A DNA stretch of 64,000 nt from Tricharina praecox (lineage: Eukaryota): NCBI RefSeq assembly GCF_024521635.1, contig NW_026250426.1, positions 558,001 to 622,000 on the forward strand, written 5' to 3'. The notes beneath the pieces were generated by a model. The model saw nothing but the letters and a program-made list of their open reading frames with translations. It was not told the DNA's origin and did no database searches. The translations under genes were made by a program, and so were the position numbers. This document shows positions 1 through 13,128 of the stretch, in pieces. The first letter of the stretch is position 1; each line of letters begins with the position of its first letter.

Positions 1-3000
1 AAACATTCCGAGCACGACCGGCTCAGTTTTGGTGGTGAATCAGCAGCAGCAGTCACAGTATGTACACATAGCAGCAAGAGCTGGCACGGGTAGTTACTAT
101 AGAGTACGTGGTTTGCAGCACAGTGAAGCTTGTCGCACTCGGACTCGGATTCGGAGCCTGCCTGCCTGCTTGGCAACGGCGGTTATTGGGCGCGCGAGGG
201 CGCGCGGAGAGTTCTGTTGCAGACTTGCAGACTTGCAGTATTGCAGACTTGCAGTTGCATCGATGATCGATCCTTCGATTCTGGCGGGCGGAGAGCTAGA
301 GTAGGTGCTGCTGGTGCTGATGCTGCTGGTGCTGATGCGCATAGATACGGTCAGCTTCCGTCCAGACAAAACTGGACAAAACTAGACACGGGTGGAGCGT
401 GGGTGGGCATTGCGTACATACCATACATACCTAGGTAGATACGTTGGACTCGTGCGGGAACCGTATTTCTTCCCAGATGCAGTTTCAGGATGCGTATGTA
501 CATACACACCTACATACAGTGTACACACGCCGTCATCATCCTCCACTGCGGAAAAGGGGATGAATCATGGATTGATGGATGAAAAGCTTTTCGTTCCAGG
601 CTTCCAGGCTTCCAGCTCATCCGTTCCTGGTTTGGTTGTGCTGCATGCACCTGGGATTGCTTTTTGGAAGTTTAATCTTCATCGCAGTCGATCGTGCTAT
701 GTCCAGGTATATCATGGCAGTTACAGACAGAAATGGCACACGGCGAGTGATGGTGTGTGAGGAAATGCAGGTGGCCGTCCGCAGTAGGTATACCGTATAC
801 CTAGTACATGGACACTGGCGGTGGCTGTTGGTCCACTGCAAGGTTTATTGATTGGATATGTCAGGCTGGCTACACATTCCGTCCATAGGAAGGAGGCATT
901 TATCGATCTCAAGTTACTATGGTGCAGATGTCGAGCAGTTTGTTAATTTTTGCAGTCACTGGCACTGCATGGAATAAAATAACCTTTTCCTTCCGGTAGC
1001 ACGATAGCAGTGAGGATCTCACTGGTTGGCGTTGTACTCTATGCAATTGAATCAACGGGTTAGAGTCCGTCCTCTTTTTCGGTGAACTGAATGCCGTACC
1101 TAGGTACCTATGTGACTGCATGATGAAAGTTGAAACGATTCCAAAACTGCAACGAGATACCTAGATAGGTATTTTCCTGCTCACCTGGGAAACTTACTCA
1201 GCTTTAAGCTAGACCTAGTTCTTTTTTCGAGACGATCAGATGTCAAACGGCCAAAATAGGCAGCAAAACAAGCAGCCAACAGTTTGGGGGGTTCGGTAGT
1301 GCCGCATCCCCCCCTGAGTGACTGAGACTCTGAGAGCAGTAGTGTTGAGCGAGTATGCGAAAAAAGTGTTGGTATATAGAGGGGTTATGAAGGCCTACAT
1401 GGTACATGTCATAAGTGCAATATTTGACTTATGCCCATCGGTTGACTAGCCTGCCTTTGACTCGCGGGGATGGTGGGGCTGGCAGACTTGAATGCGTATG
1501 CCCCTCCCCCCTCCCCATCCCCCATTGATAATAACCGAACGGTTTCACAGGATGCACAGATATGTGGGCCGTTGTAACTTATAACTTGTGATCCGCGGGC
1601 AGAAATAGGTCGTGTTCGGCTCAGGACTTGGGCCCGGGCCTGAAGAATCAGGCGTGGACTCCGTATACCTGACTGTGTACATATACAAACAGTTCATACA
1701 TATCATACCGGTTCGATTCGGCCGAAACTGAACTGAATTCGACCAAGGGTTGGCGGATGTGGCACAACGTATTATGTCAATCGTTTTTGTTCAGCACGTG
1801 TGATGGGAACTTCATTGCATTAGGCGTTCAAGACTTCGCGCCCCCTTTCGTAATAGTACAGCTGGTGAGCCCTTTTACGCATCGCTTCTGATGGAAAGTA
1901 TTGGAATCTGGATGGGAGCCGTTTAGATCAGCGAAATCAGAATCTGGGTTGCGTGTTCGTATCCAGTTTCATGGGCTGGGCTGCGTGGTGGGATATTTTG
2001 CAGTCTTTAGAGCGTGCGGCCCAGAGCATGTAAGCAAGCACAGTCTGGGACTCTGGGGACGTTTTTGCGGTTCTGAGAATTCGGATATACAGTGTGCTGC
2101 CCGTCATGAGCAGTCATCCGGTCGTGAATGTCTTACATTGAGCAACACTTTCGGATCCTCCTTTTATTTCGCTTTTGTCAGCCCAAGGCGGATGGGTAGG
2201 GGAAGTGGGGCGCCGCATCAAACTGGTCGGTACCGGGGCTTTCACCTCGACTGGCCAGGGCGGACAGGAAACGGAGGTCGTGGGTTCGTCATAGTCTAGA
2301 TGGGTTGCATGCGAAATAAAACAGGAAGATCTCTCTCTCTCTGGATCCTCCTTTTATAGAGGGGATGTAGGTGCTCTTTTCGGCGTCCGAGCGAATGCAC
2401 GAGGCTGGACTGTCATATATAACTGAGCTTATCCGAGTGCGCTGGCACTTGCACATATTCCGTCCCTTTTGGAGGTTGTCTTGGAACGCGGGAACGCCGA
2501 ACGGCACGCACGTAGATCCATTCTTTCCTCTTGATCTGTACATTGGGGACGTTTACTCCTCGGCATCAAGCAGCACTCCTTATGCACTTCCTCCTTCCAA
2601 CAACTGTGAGTTCAACCGAACGACTTCCTCCTTCCCCAATCCAGGGTGAATCGGTATACCAATACTGACTCCGTTCTGATGCGCAATCTTTACCACTTTC
2701 TGGCCGGTAAGTTTATCGGCAGGTTGAACAGATCCCGAGCCTGCGCGGGCCGTCGGATACATATGGTGCTGAGTTGCGAATGTGCGAGCCTCATCAAGGG
2801 TTCACCGTTCATGTTTGCAAACTCGCCTGTCGGCATTCAGTTCCGCCATCCGATCTTGACCGCGTTCGAGCCGTCGATCGCCGCATTCGAGCTCTTGCGA
2901 TCTGGATGCTGTCTAGCATGCGTAGAGCCATACGATGGCAGGTATCTAGGTGTGCTTCCGATCGCTGCAGAATGCCAGAATGAGGTGGAGACCCATCCCT

Positions 3001-3307
3001 CTTGGCGCCTTCCGTACGCAGGCCTGATCCTTCATGAAATCTATGCATATGCCAGTACACTAAAGACCTGTTGAGACGACTACAGGTTGCAATGGGGATG
3101 GACCCACGATTGATGTTCAGTACAGCTATTGGAGCGCGAGTATCGCGCTTCGGGCGCTTGAGATCCGCGCGGTTCATGGCCTCGCACTCGTTAATTCGTT
3201 CTCTCTAAAGTGCGACTCCCACTTCATGGCCCTAGTGGAAGAGACAGGCGAGAGGAGACGATAGGAGGAGGTAGGCACTGAATTGATGAGCCAGGGTCAC
3301 TCCTGCT

Positions 3308-4772
3308 CAGTGTTCTACATGATCCAGTCCAGTCCGCCCCGGCCTATAAACGGGACTGGACTACCGTATGATCTCTCGTGACTTGTGAGAGTTATGCCTA
3401 TAAACACTCCTGATAATGCATGTAAGCGCAAGCTAGCGCACCTATGGTTAGCGCGCCGAGCAATCATGCAACGTCAGGTGTTCAGCCTTCAGGGGCTGGC
3501 AGCTATCTTCATACAGCTGAACACGACTCTGTAGCTGGCAGTATCGTCAACTACACCTACACGATACTATCCTCCTCACATCTCCTCACAACAATGCAGC
3601 TATTGACCATAATGAACGATCAAGATTCCTTAATGCTATCTACCGATCCGGCCAGGCCACCCTGCACGCGTTCACCGGTTAAGGTCAAACTTCGACCAGG
3701 GCCCCGGAAACAGCCCATCGCAGTTGCCCCGCGTCGGTTTCCCCCTCCAGCCGCCTCTCCTTCCAGAGCCAAACGATGTCGAACAATTGAGTTCAAGCTC
3801 GGAGTATTCTCCTTGGCAGAACACGGACGGGTGGATGAGGGGAAAGGTGGGACACGAAAACCTACAAGACGGGAAGTATGTGTACGGTTTCGCCTCAAGC
3901 AACTAAACCAAGTTACAAAGTGGAAGAAGGTATGCTCTAAGACCATCAGACTATTACATAATCTATGGAGAGCTTGTTTCTAATCGCTGAGAACTTACCA
4001 ACAGAACGAAGAGCTATTGCTTAAAGCAGATCAAAAGAAACAGCGTATACGGCAGCTTTCCTCACGGTGGAAAGATCTTGAGGAACAACTTGTGCAGGCG
4101 TTTGCGGAGCGGCGGAGACTGGGACGAGTTGTGCGCCGCAAGTGGTTTGAGCATACCTCGAAGCGGTTGTTTCAAGAGATTTGTCCTTCTACCACGGTCA
4201 AATTTCGATTCTCTGCGGGCTGGTTTTCTCGGTTTCTTCACTGCAACGATGTTGCACTCCGTGTCATTACCAATCAAGCTCGAGAAACACCCGAACAACT
4301 TACCGACACTGAGGCAGACAGTAAGGGTGAGGATGATGGTGCTGAGTACGATTTTCGTTGGCGAGCAGACGAGCTTTAGTTGGATTTGTACATATTGTAA
4401 TGGATTCTGCGAAAAGCCCGAGAATCCTCTTCTAATTCATTCAGTCCGTCCGAGGGTGTGTGCTGGACGGACTAGGTAGTCCACCGGTAAGGTCGGATGG
4501 GACGGATTGCAGTCGACTGCCAAGAATGGTACATAGTACAGCTGAAATGAAATCATACGGCGACATTTGAATGAATGCAAGAGGGAGAGCTTCTCTATGT
4601 TACGAACATAGTTTCGGCTGTAACAACTACCTACTCTACGCCCTCCTTACATGGAGCGTACAACATCTCCTCGCGACTGCCCCGTCCAACCCAGGCATTT
4701 GGACAGGCTGCACCAAACAGCCTGGTTCCGTCCAAGCCTGAAAACGGACGGGCTGGACCATGTAGAATACTG
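3308..4772. mobile_element. Non-autonomous TIR DNA element with hAT-like ends (CAGTGTT...) carrying a pogo/Tc5 transposase fragment
   Basis: Left end 3308 CAGTGTTCTACATGATCCAGTCCAGTCCG matches the reverse complement of the right end 4745-4772, CAGTATTCTACATGGTCCAGCCCGTCCG (~28-bp imperfect TIR). GTCC/GGAC subterminal motifs occur at 3324-3362, 4442-4505 and 4745-4759. No clear TSD is visible (flanks CTCCTGCT / CCCTAAGC). Confidence 0.7.
3594..4379 (+). CDS. Truncated pogo/Tc5-family transposase: N-terminal HTH plus CENP-B/Tc5-type HTH, DDE domain absent (~236 aa; exons 3594-3929 and 4005-4379)
   Basis: Intron 3930-4004 (GTATGC...CTAAT...ACAG) joins ...QVTKWKK to NEELLLKADQ... in frame. WKDLEEQLVQAFAERRRLGRVVRRKWF...FRFSAGWFSRFL...LRVITNQA is typical of HTH_Tnp_Tc5/CENP-B domains. 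The protein then ends in a short acidic tail with no DDE core. The ATG context is CACAACAATG. Confidence 0.75.
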
Positions 4773-7700
4773 CCCTAAGCTCTTCAAATACTCTGTGGCC
4801 TATCCCATGGATCGTAGGTTTAGACTTAGAGTTAGAGTTACAAAATGGTTACGCAAATGTACTCACCCCGGTAACTATATCTCGAAAAGTAGGCCATATA
4901 AGCCGAGAAGATTTGCGGAGAGGGTTGCTCTTCTACTTCCTGGCTACAATGTGGTGAGATGTGGGAGTCTCCACCCTTATGGTTGGTTTTGTAAATAAGA
5001 CGAGGCATGAGGGACTTTCGCGTTCCGGCGAGCGAAGAATTTCAGACAAAAAGCTGGTTGGTTCAGCACAACCATTTTCTACATAATGGAAGTTTCAGAG
5101 AGCAAAGATATGGAATAGGTAGTAGAAGCCATCCAGCGTCACCAGCTCCTCAAAAGACAAAGCACGGATGAAAACACGCAGTGACACGGAAATCACTCGA
5201 CAGCAGCCGACGTTCACACAAATCACACACCCGCCGTCCCAAAACAATTTCCAACTCACCCATTTTGCCCTGCGACATTGCACAACCAAATGGAATTTTC
5301 AACTCGTCAAAAGACAATAGGCATTACGTGCTATGCGCAGTCAATAGATATGAACATCAGATCAATTTCGGTATTTTAATGGAAGTTCTTGCTTGCTTGC
5401 ACGGGCGTCGGTGGATCCATCTCCTTTGCATGTACATACTGCGTACATACTGCGTACATCTAGCCGCCGGCGGCTGGTGGCAAGCTTCGTCGTCGTCGTG
5501 CGCCATCTGTTTTGTTGGCAGTTGCCGCGTAGGGGCCCTGAAGTCGAATTCTGCACGGTTCTAGTCTCGTCTCTGGGATCTCGCCGCCGCTTCCGCTCAT
5601 GTTCGGCTAACTACCTGCTACAAGCTACCGATACAAGGTAAGTAACCACTCCACAGGGATCCCGGAATCCCAGAATCCCGAACAGAGCGAGTGAGATTCC
5701 ATGTACGAATGTCATCCCCCACGATACTCCAGAGCGCTCCCGTGTGCAATTCCGCAAGACTTTCCAAGTCCGTGCGCAGCCGTGGCCCGTGGGTGCAACT
5801 ACTCGGGATCTCAAATACTCACAGTTTTATCCTCAGAACAAGACGCGGCGGAATCGTCGCTGACCAGCTCGCCGCGAGAGCAAGTATGAGTGAGTTGGTG
5901 AGTCGGTGACAACGCCCACCGACCCATCCCATCTCATCCCATCTCATCCCATCCCGGCCGAGTAACTGCTACCTAGTACCATCCGGCCACATCATATCAC
6001 ATCACATCACGCATGAGCATGAGCATGAGCATGAAGGATCACTCGGGAACCGTCTTCTTCTTCGTGCGGGAGGATCGGCGATCGGTGCCCTCCCGACCCC
6101 CCGACCCCGTATGTATGTATGTAGAGTAGAGACCTCGCTGGGTACAGTGTCGATCCGTGCACTAGAGCATGTAGAGTAGTGGAGCTCGAGCAGGGTCCTT
6201 CTGCGTTGGGTAAGTGTTCCTCATCCATGCTTATATCGTACTGGTACGCATTGTTCGCGAGCAATCTCTTCTCTTGTCTCCTTCCTTCCCTCCTCCTTCC
6301 CCAGACGTCTTCACTTGCTCGGGAGGATAGAGCCCGAGTCTACCGGTATGCGTCTATGTAGATGGCTACTACAGCAGTAGAGTAGAGTAGGTACGTACAT
6401 ATGCCCAGGAGGCTGCTACAGCAGTACGCAGATATTTCTACATAAGAGGCTGCCATAGCAGCACGTACGGTTATCGCGCGCGTCCCTTTCTTGCCACGAT
6501 ACCCCGATACCCTGATCCCGCCACCTCACAGCCCATCACTCGGCACAACCCCGACCCAGCGAACTTCCCCTCCCGATCTACAGTTCTGCATTGTCGATCA
6601 GGCCCGAGCCCCCGCCGCCGAGTTCCGAGCCTGGTCTTCCGGCTTACACATGTAGGTGGATCTCGTCCCGCCACACTGTGGCTCCGCGCTGAGCCCCCCG
6701 CCCCGCATGCAGGGTCTGCTAGGTAGGTACATCATAGCAGTGGGTAAATTAAAAGCGGAGATTATCTGCCTCATGACGCCATACGTTTCCTTGGGTCGGG
6801 GAATTTGAATTGCCGTCTCTGGGTGGGGCGGGACGTGTCGTGCATGCCCGGAGAGGGGGGGCGGGGCGGGGGGTGGGAGAGAGAGTGGAAATACAAATAC
6901 ATACATGTGGGAGGGGGTGCTGGGTGAGTGACCTGCTGTGCAAACGACGGATGCAAAGTGAGAGCGAGCGTCGACGCCACACAACTGGCACCACGAGCGT
7001 GGGGTTCGGGTACACTCCACTCCACTCTATCGTAGACGTCGTTGGACGATGGTGATGACGATGACAACGGAACTTCGGGGGGAGGAGGGCTGGTGGGGGG
7101 AGAGGAGACGATGACTGACGGGGTACGGTTGGGTTGTTCCGTCGCCGTTGTCGGTAGGTAAAGTGCCGCATGTACGACAGCAGCTCACGATCCGATTCGA
7201 TTATCGTGATTACGGGGCTGGCGGAATTCCATCCAGAGTGAGGATTTGTGGCTGCTACACACTTACCGCTCTACCCCTCCTTCGCGAGAACTAGAAGGGG
7301 GCAGCCAACTCATCGCGCATCGGACTCGAGGAACGAGTCCGGGGCACATACGACCGACATACCACCGTGCATCCGTTCTGTGGTCTCGTGAGGGCGGGTG
7401 CGCATCGACGACATCATCGCACATGGTTGCGGACGTTGAGGTGATGTGAAGGGGTCCATTTGTGGCGGTCCGTGCCGCTCGGACGAGCCTTATGAGAGGG
7501 GGAGGGGGGAAGGAACACAGCTATTTTCCAGCTATCTGGCGACGCTGATTGACCACCGGCTTCCTGCCGAGTTCTGAGTGGTCGCACGTATTTGTTCGTC
7601 CTGGTGTAGTTACGGCAAGACAGATCACAACCGCACCGCGCCGTAGCCTGCATAAGAACGAGTGGCGTACAACGCATGTCGAGTAACATCGAAGCTGCAT

Positions 7701-7933
7701 AAATAGGTAGCCAAGTACACTGCATTGGCCGAGGCGGATAGGCGTAGGGTAACTTGGGTGGGCAAGTAGGTCAGTAAGTACACTGTACTTGCGTAAGAAG
7801 TACTTACCGGCTATAGTTACTCTACTGTGGCATGCTCGCAGCAGCTCTGCACTCACAGGTAATAGCCTCCCTTCGTTTCTTTTCGTCGCCGAGAATCAGA
7901 AGTCGTCGCCGGCCGAGCGAGCTGCCGCGCTTG

Positions 7934-8056
7934 TCCACCGGCGAGTCGGCGACACGGAAGACACATTTCCACCGGCGACACTGAAGACACAGAAGACATC
8001 TCCACCGGGGACTCAGAAGTCGTTTTCCACCGGCGACACAGAAGTCACTTCTCCGC
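7934..8056. repeat. Degenerate minisatellite, 25-34 bp unit (TCCACCGGCGACAC-GAAGAC/GAAGTC) x4
   Basis: TCCACCGG recurs at 7934, 7968, 8001 and 8026, each followed by GAC(A/T)C-(A/G/T)GAAG(A/T)C. Confidence 0.7.
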
Positions 8057-8843
8057 ACCACCGCCATCATTGGCATCGTCATCACCATCATCCAAGTCTA
8101 GAGGCGGCCAGGTATGCGTACATACATGGCACCGCAGGTACATCAGACGATTCCTCAATCTGCACGTTTGCTTCTGCTTAGCTCGCTCGCTCCGCCGTGA
8201 AGGGGCAGTCGCAGGGGGGAAAGGGCAAGTTGCAAGTAGGCAGCTGCAATGCAGATTTGCGAGGCCTGTGCTTTGCATGAAGGCAGACAGACAGACAACA
8301 CGAGTGCGTTGCCGGGAAAGAAATCCAACAGTTGCAATTCCATTCGCGACCAAGGGAATAACATGTTGGCTGCAGCATGACGACGGAGGAGGTGCGCTCG
8401 GAAGGCTGTTTGGCCACCGGGATTGGCTAAGAGGGTAAATAAAAGCTGGGTGGGGAATTGGGGGGCTCGACGACATGGCACAAAAACATGGATTGCGGCC
8501 GTTGGGAACACGGGTTGGGTTTCTTTTGCTTCTTTGCCCCCATCGAGGAAGCCGATCCTTAGCAAGACAGATGTGGCTGCTTCGCGCGCGCTGATTCGTG
8601 AAGAGAAAAGGATCGTGAGTTCCTGTGGTGTGGTGTTGCACTTTGCAAGCGGTGCGAGCCAAGCGGCCAGGCCCCGCCCCAGAAGCCACCACTACCACCA
8701 CCACCGCCGGTAGTTACTAGCAACCAATTAGTTAGCTCTCCACCGACGCACTCTACTACATACCGCTCTACATATGCCAATCCTTCACCACTCGGCCCTA
8801 CTCCGCTACTCTGCTCTCCTCTGCTCTGCTCGCCTCTGCTTCC

Positions 8844-8913
8844 CTCCCCTCTCCCCTCTCCCCTCTCCCCTCTCCCCTCTCTCCTCTCCCCTCTCCCCTC
8901 TCCCCTCTCCCCT
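8844..8913. repeat. (CTCCCCT)n heptamer polypyrimidine microsatellite
   Basis: About 10 near-perfect tandem units read directly. Confidence 0.9.
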
Positions 8914-11900
8914 GCTGATCCGGGCACTCTAGAGTATCGGTACTCTCCCCACCCACCCACCCATCCACCCACCGGCTCCTAGCGCGTTGATTGACGCAAT
9001 GCATTGTGATCCGGCCTGTGTATGTGTCGTAATTACGATTGCGATTGTTCAGCGTCGACCGGCAATCCGTCGACGCACGAATCCGTTATCGCCCAACCGA
9101 TGGATTTCCTTTTTGTGTCCTGTCGATTGAGTGCGTCTGTGGCTGGTCTGGGGTTTTGATGGTGGAGGTGGTGGTTGTGGTTGTGGTGGCGGTGGGTGTT
9201 GCTCGCTATACGACATCCGTGCGATAGAGTATATGACATGACGCAAGCCACGGTACATCCATAGTCGAGCACAATTTCGGCCAGGCAAAATGTGAGGGCA
9301 CCGGCTGAGCTGCTTTGGGCTTTTCTGCCTACTTTGTGCTTGTCGAAGCGGAAGTCGGTGTTCTAGGCCCCTTCCACCACCAACACCACCAACACCACCA
9401 CCACCATCGCGAACAACACCACCCCCTTCTGCCACCAACAACAATCCCCCTCAGGCCCCATTTTTTTCTTCCTTTTCCACCACCGAGAACTTATTTCGCC
9501 CATCGGTTGACGGCCAATTCCCAATCACCCCAATCCCCTAATTCTGACACATGGTGAAGCTAACTAACGGCCTGCCGTGGTCCAAACGGATCTCAGGTTT
9601 TTTTTTCCACCCTCGTTCCGGATCGATCGCCCCTTCCCATCCTGACCTTGCTTTTCCGAGGCAGGCAACCACTACTAAGTAGAGTAAGTACCTGGTACTC
9701 TGGTTACGCCCAGCTACTCTAGAATCTACACGGAGACGGGGTTCCCTTCCCTTCCTTCCATCCACACCACGTTTCTGCGGAAAGCGAGGAGCCGTAGGTT
9801 GGGGAAGTCCGGGCCGAGCCTGGCGGGGGAGAGGGGCAACTGAGCCCAATCATCCGCTCCTGGACCTCGTGCCCAGCCGCGACTCGGGACTCCTTCCCAG
9901 CGAGGTCTATAGGATGTTCCTTTCCTCCGTTCCATGTCATATGCTGGGAGATGCTTCGAGTATGTAACAACACTACTACTCTTCTCTAGTACCTACTCAT
10001 GTAAGGGGCTGGATGATGTTCGAAGCCCCGAAACGGGTAGTTGCAGCCTGACCGTCATGTTCGACACTATCATCGTGAAGATGTTCGGTTTCATCTGCGC
10101 ATCTACCGCCTGCTTGGGAACCAGTAAGCAAGCTGGAAACACATCTCCATCAAGACCTCCCCCACCCATCAACCTTAGCCTAACCGGCAGACAGGCAGAA
10201 AGGCTCCTAGCCGCCCCCATCCATCCGCGTGTCCGTCCGTCATCAAAGAAAAAAGAAAAAAAAACCCAACAAACCAAGCCCTCGGGGAAGCCAACACGAA
10301 GGGGCGGCCGTCGCGTTGTCACGGGTAAACAAGAGAGCACCAACACGACAAACAAAAGAGGGTCCGTGTGTCCGTTCGTTCCATCGTCGCCCATGCAAGA
10401 TACGGAGCGATAACTAAGTCCCTACCTTCCCGACTGCGGCGATGGGTGGCCCGTGCACACGGTGAAAACCCGGTTTGAACCCCCAGCGCCCTGATAACTA
10501 CGAGCCGATCGCAAAGGCTAGGCAGTCCTGGAGGGACGTGCGGCGGCCGCAAGCCGACACGCCCGAGTCCGTCGTAGCATAGCATACGGTAACAAGTACT
10601 ATACATATCTAACCCTTCGCCCTTACCTTAGAGTACTATAACTAAGGACTTACCTACTCGACTCTACATCTCCAACTAGCTAACCGAGTAGGTGGTGGCG
10701 GTGGTGCTGGCGGTGGTGCTGGTGGTGTTGGTGATGGTGAGCGGGGCGGGGCGGGGCGGGGCAGGGCGCGCGGAGTGGCCGTCAAGTGACACGACACCAC
10801 AGTCCCGATAACTACGTCCTCTACCTACACCAGAGTAGGCAAGTTCGCAGGTAACTAAGTTACTCTACCCCTTCCTAGACAGCCCGCCTCTCACCTAAGA
10901 ACCGTACGTGTGTACGTGGGTAGCGGGAGAGGAGAGGAGAGGTGCCACGCTATTCCGTGTCGGCAAGCAAAACGTTGTTCGAAACAAGTTTTTTTCTTCT
11001 CTCCTCTCCCGGAGTTTAGGGAGAAAAGGGCGGGCGGGCGACGGGCGTATCCTATGTAGGGTAGGTACTCTACGTATCTAGGCGGAGGAGGAGGGAAGAG
11101 GGAAGAGGGGAAAGGGAAAAGGGAAGACGGCCACCGCTTACGCGCGCGCCGTTCCGCACTCCTGCCTGCCTGGCCTGCTGCCAGCTGCCTCCAGACCCGG
11201 TCGTCGAAACGGAATCTTCCATCCCTCCGCCAGGCTCCTCCTTCCTCGTCATGCTTCCTCCACCTTCCATTGCGCTAAAATCCTTCCTACCTTTCCTACC
11301 CATGATCGTGATTACCCACCTACGTAGGCTTGTGGGCTTGTGGGCTTGTTCGGCGGAGCAAAAAAAGGAAGAAAAAATGGCTTGATGGGCTTACGACATG
11401 GAAATCACCTGACTGACTAACACGTATTTCTGGCGTGAGGGGGATGGGGAGGACCCGGGGGGGTTGTTTTGGCTGTTTGAGCTTGTTTGCTTGGTTGGTT
11501 GGTTGGATACCAGCAACTGTGGCTTGCTGTGTGTGGGAATTCCCCAATCTGCTATCCTGGCACCGGGGGGACTCCCGACGGGCTGGCTGGCTGGCTGGGA
11601 AGAAAGGTTGGTGGTTCTTGGTTGGTGGCTGAGGAGGGAGTTGTGGTGGTATCGGGTTGACTCAGATAGTTAGAGTACGTTGGAATGTCACTATGGTCCT
11701 ATGTAGAGTAGTTACCGATCTGTGCGAGATGTTGGTGTTCCCACGGCTCTGGGCTGAGACACACACGAAACGGGAGAAAAAATAACATACCTACTGTAGG
11801 TAGAGTAGAGTATGTATTCGCGCAATCACTCCCCACGGAGACCGGACCCGTGCTTATGTATGTAGCGATCCTAGAAGTTTCGGACCACGATTTCGGTTTC

Positions 11901-13128
11901 GTTGTTGCTTTCGTTCGATCGTTCGTCCGTCGTTTCTCTTGTGAGGAAAGTGACCATCTAACCATCGTGATCGTGCGGGGAAACTGGCAAACTGGCAATG
12001 GTAGCACCCGGCCGAACGAACGGCTGACGAAGGCCCCTGGCCGCCGGGGCTGAGCGTGAGTGGGGGAAAGAATATATCGCTCGAGAGTCTCGACTCGAGA
12101 TGGACTCGAGATGGATCATGGGAGGGGATCGCGCAAAATTAGTAATTCTGCCCGCTCCGCTCATTGGCCACTGTTTTTGGACCGGCCATTTCAAAATTCA
12201 GGCTTTCATCTCAGGCTTTCATCTCAGGCTTTCAGGCTTTCAGCCCCCCCGTGAGTCGCGACGCCGCCCCGCCCCGCACCCGCACCGGCGAACATATGTA
12301 TATTTACCTATGTATTTCGGCGGCTTCGGAGCTTCGGTGCGCTGTCACCACTGGCCCATCGCTGCATATATTGCGCGTTTATCTATCGGCCGGAGCCGCA
12401 TCGGTACCGAAATAGCACGGCCCCGCGGCCGCCAAGCTATCGATTCCGTGAATAGCAACTTCCGGGCATCACTGCATGAGCCCCCGAGTGCATCGGGATC
12501 TGAAGGGCCCCATTCACCAATTTCCTGTCTGGCTGGATGCGATCGGAACTTCGTGCCACTGGACTTCCTCCCCCTCCCTCCATTACATATACCTACTACA
12601 ACGTGGCTGATTATGATGATGAAGCTGATGATGAAGCTGATGATGAAGCTGATGGATAAGCCAAATATGTCTGCCTGCGGGCTGAGCTGTTTGTTTGTTT
12701 GCTGCGAACTCCGCTCGGAAATAGATCTCGCACAAAAACTTCATGTGAAATCATGTCAGCTTCCACATAACTATACCGCATCTCTCCCCTCCGCCCCTAA
12801 CAATCTTTCCATCCATCCATCCATCTGTCCTTCCTCTCTCCTTCCTCTCTCTCTCTCTCTCTCTTTCTCTCCGAAACACCTCCGACTCCCGTTTTTGAGT
12901 CCCGAAGAGTTATCACGCCTATTCCTTGTGCCGATCCTCCCGCCTCGCCCCGGCCACTCCCCGGCCCCCCCGGGCTGTACGACGCTCGATCTCGGAGCCA
13001 GCGTCGCCATACCGACCACCGCATACCGATCTGAGATAGATATTATCCACATTTCGCTCCCTCCCTGTCTGCCCTCGTTCCCCCTACCCAGGAGCAACTA
13101 TATAAGCAACTAAGCCCGATCCGATACG

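Noticed and set aside
1..3300. Short ORFs (e.g. 2646-3074 plus, 2809-3177 minus) and CCGAAC/GGTTCG-like motifs near 1530-1750
   Set aside because: No recognisable domain, no consistent splice model and no matching TIR pair; at most a decayed relic.
7934..8056. Repeat-spacer-like pattern resembling a CRISPR array
   Set aside because: Eukaryotic context, a core of only 8 bp, spacers that resemble each other, and no cas genes; it is a minisatellite.
10441..10495. tRNA-like T-arm sequence CCGGTTTGAACCCC
   Set aside because: No cloverleaf, A box or proper B box can be built.
12100..13113. 337-aa ORF upstream of the membrane-protein gene
   Set aside because: It runs through CT tracts, short tandem repeats and the TATA box of the 13129 gene, has no domain, and looks like promoter DNA.
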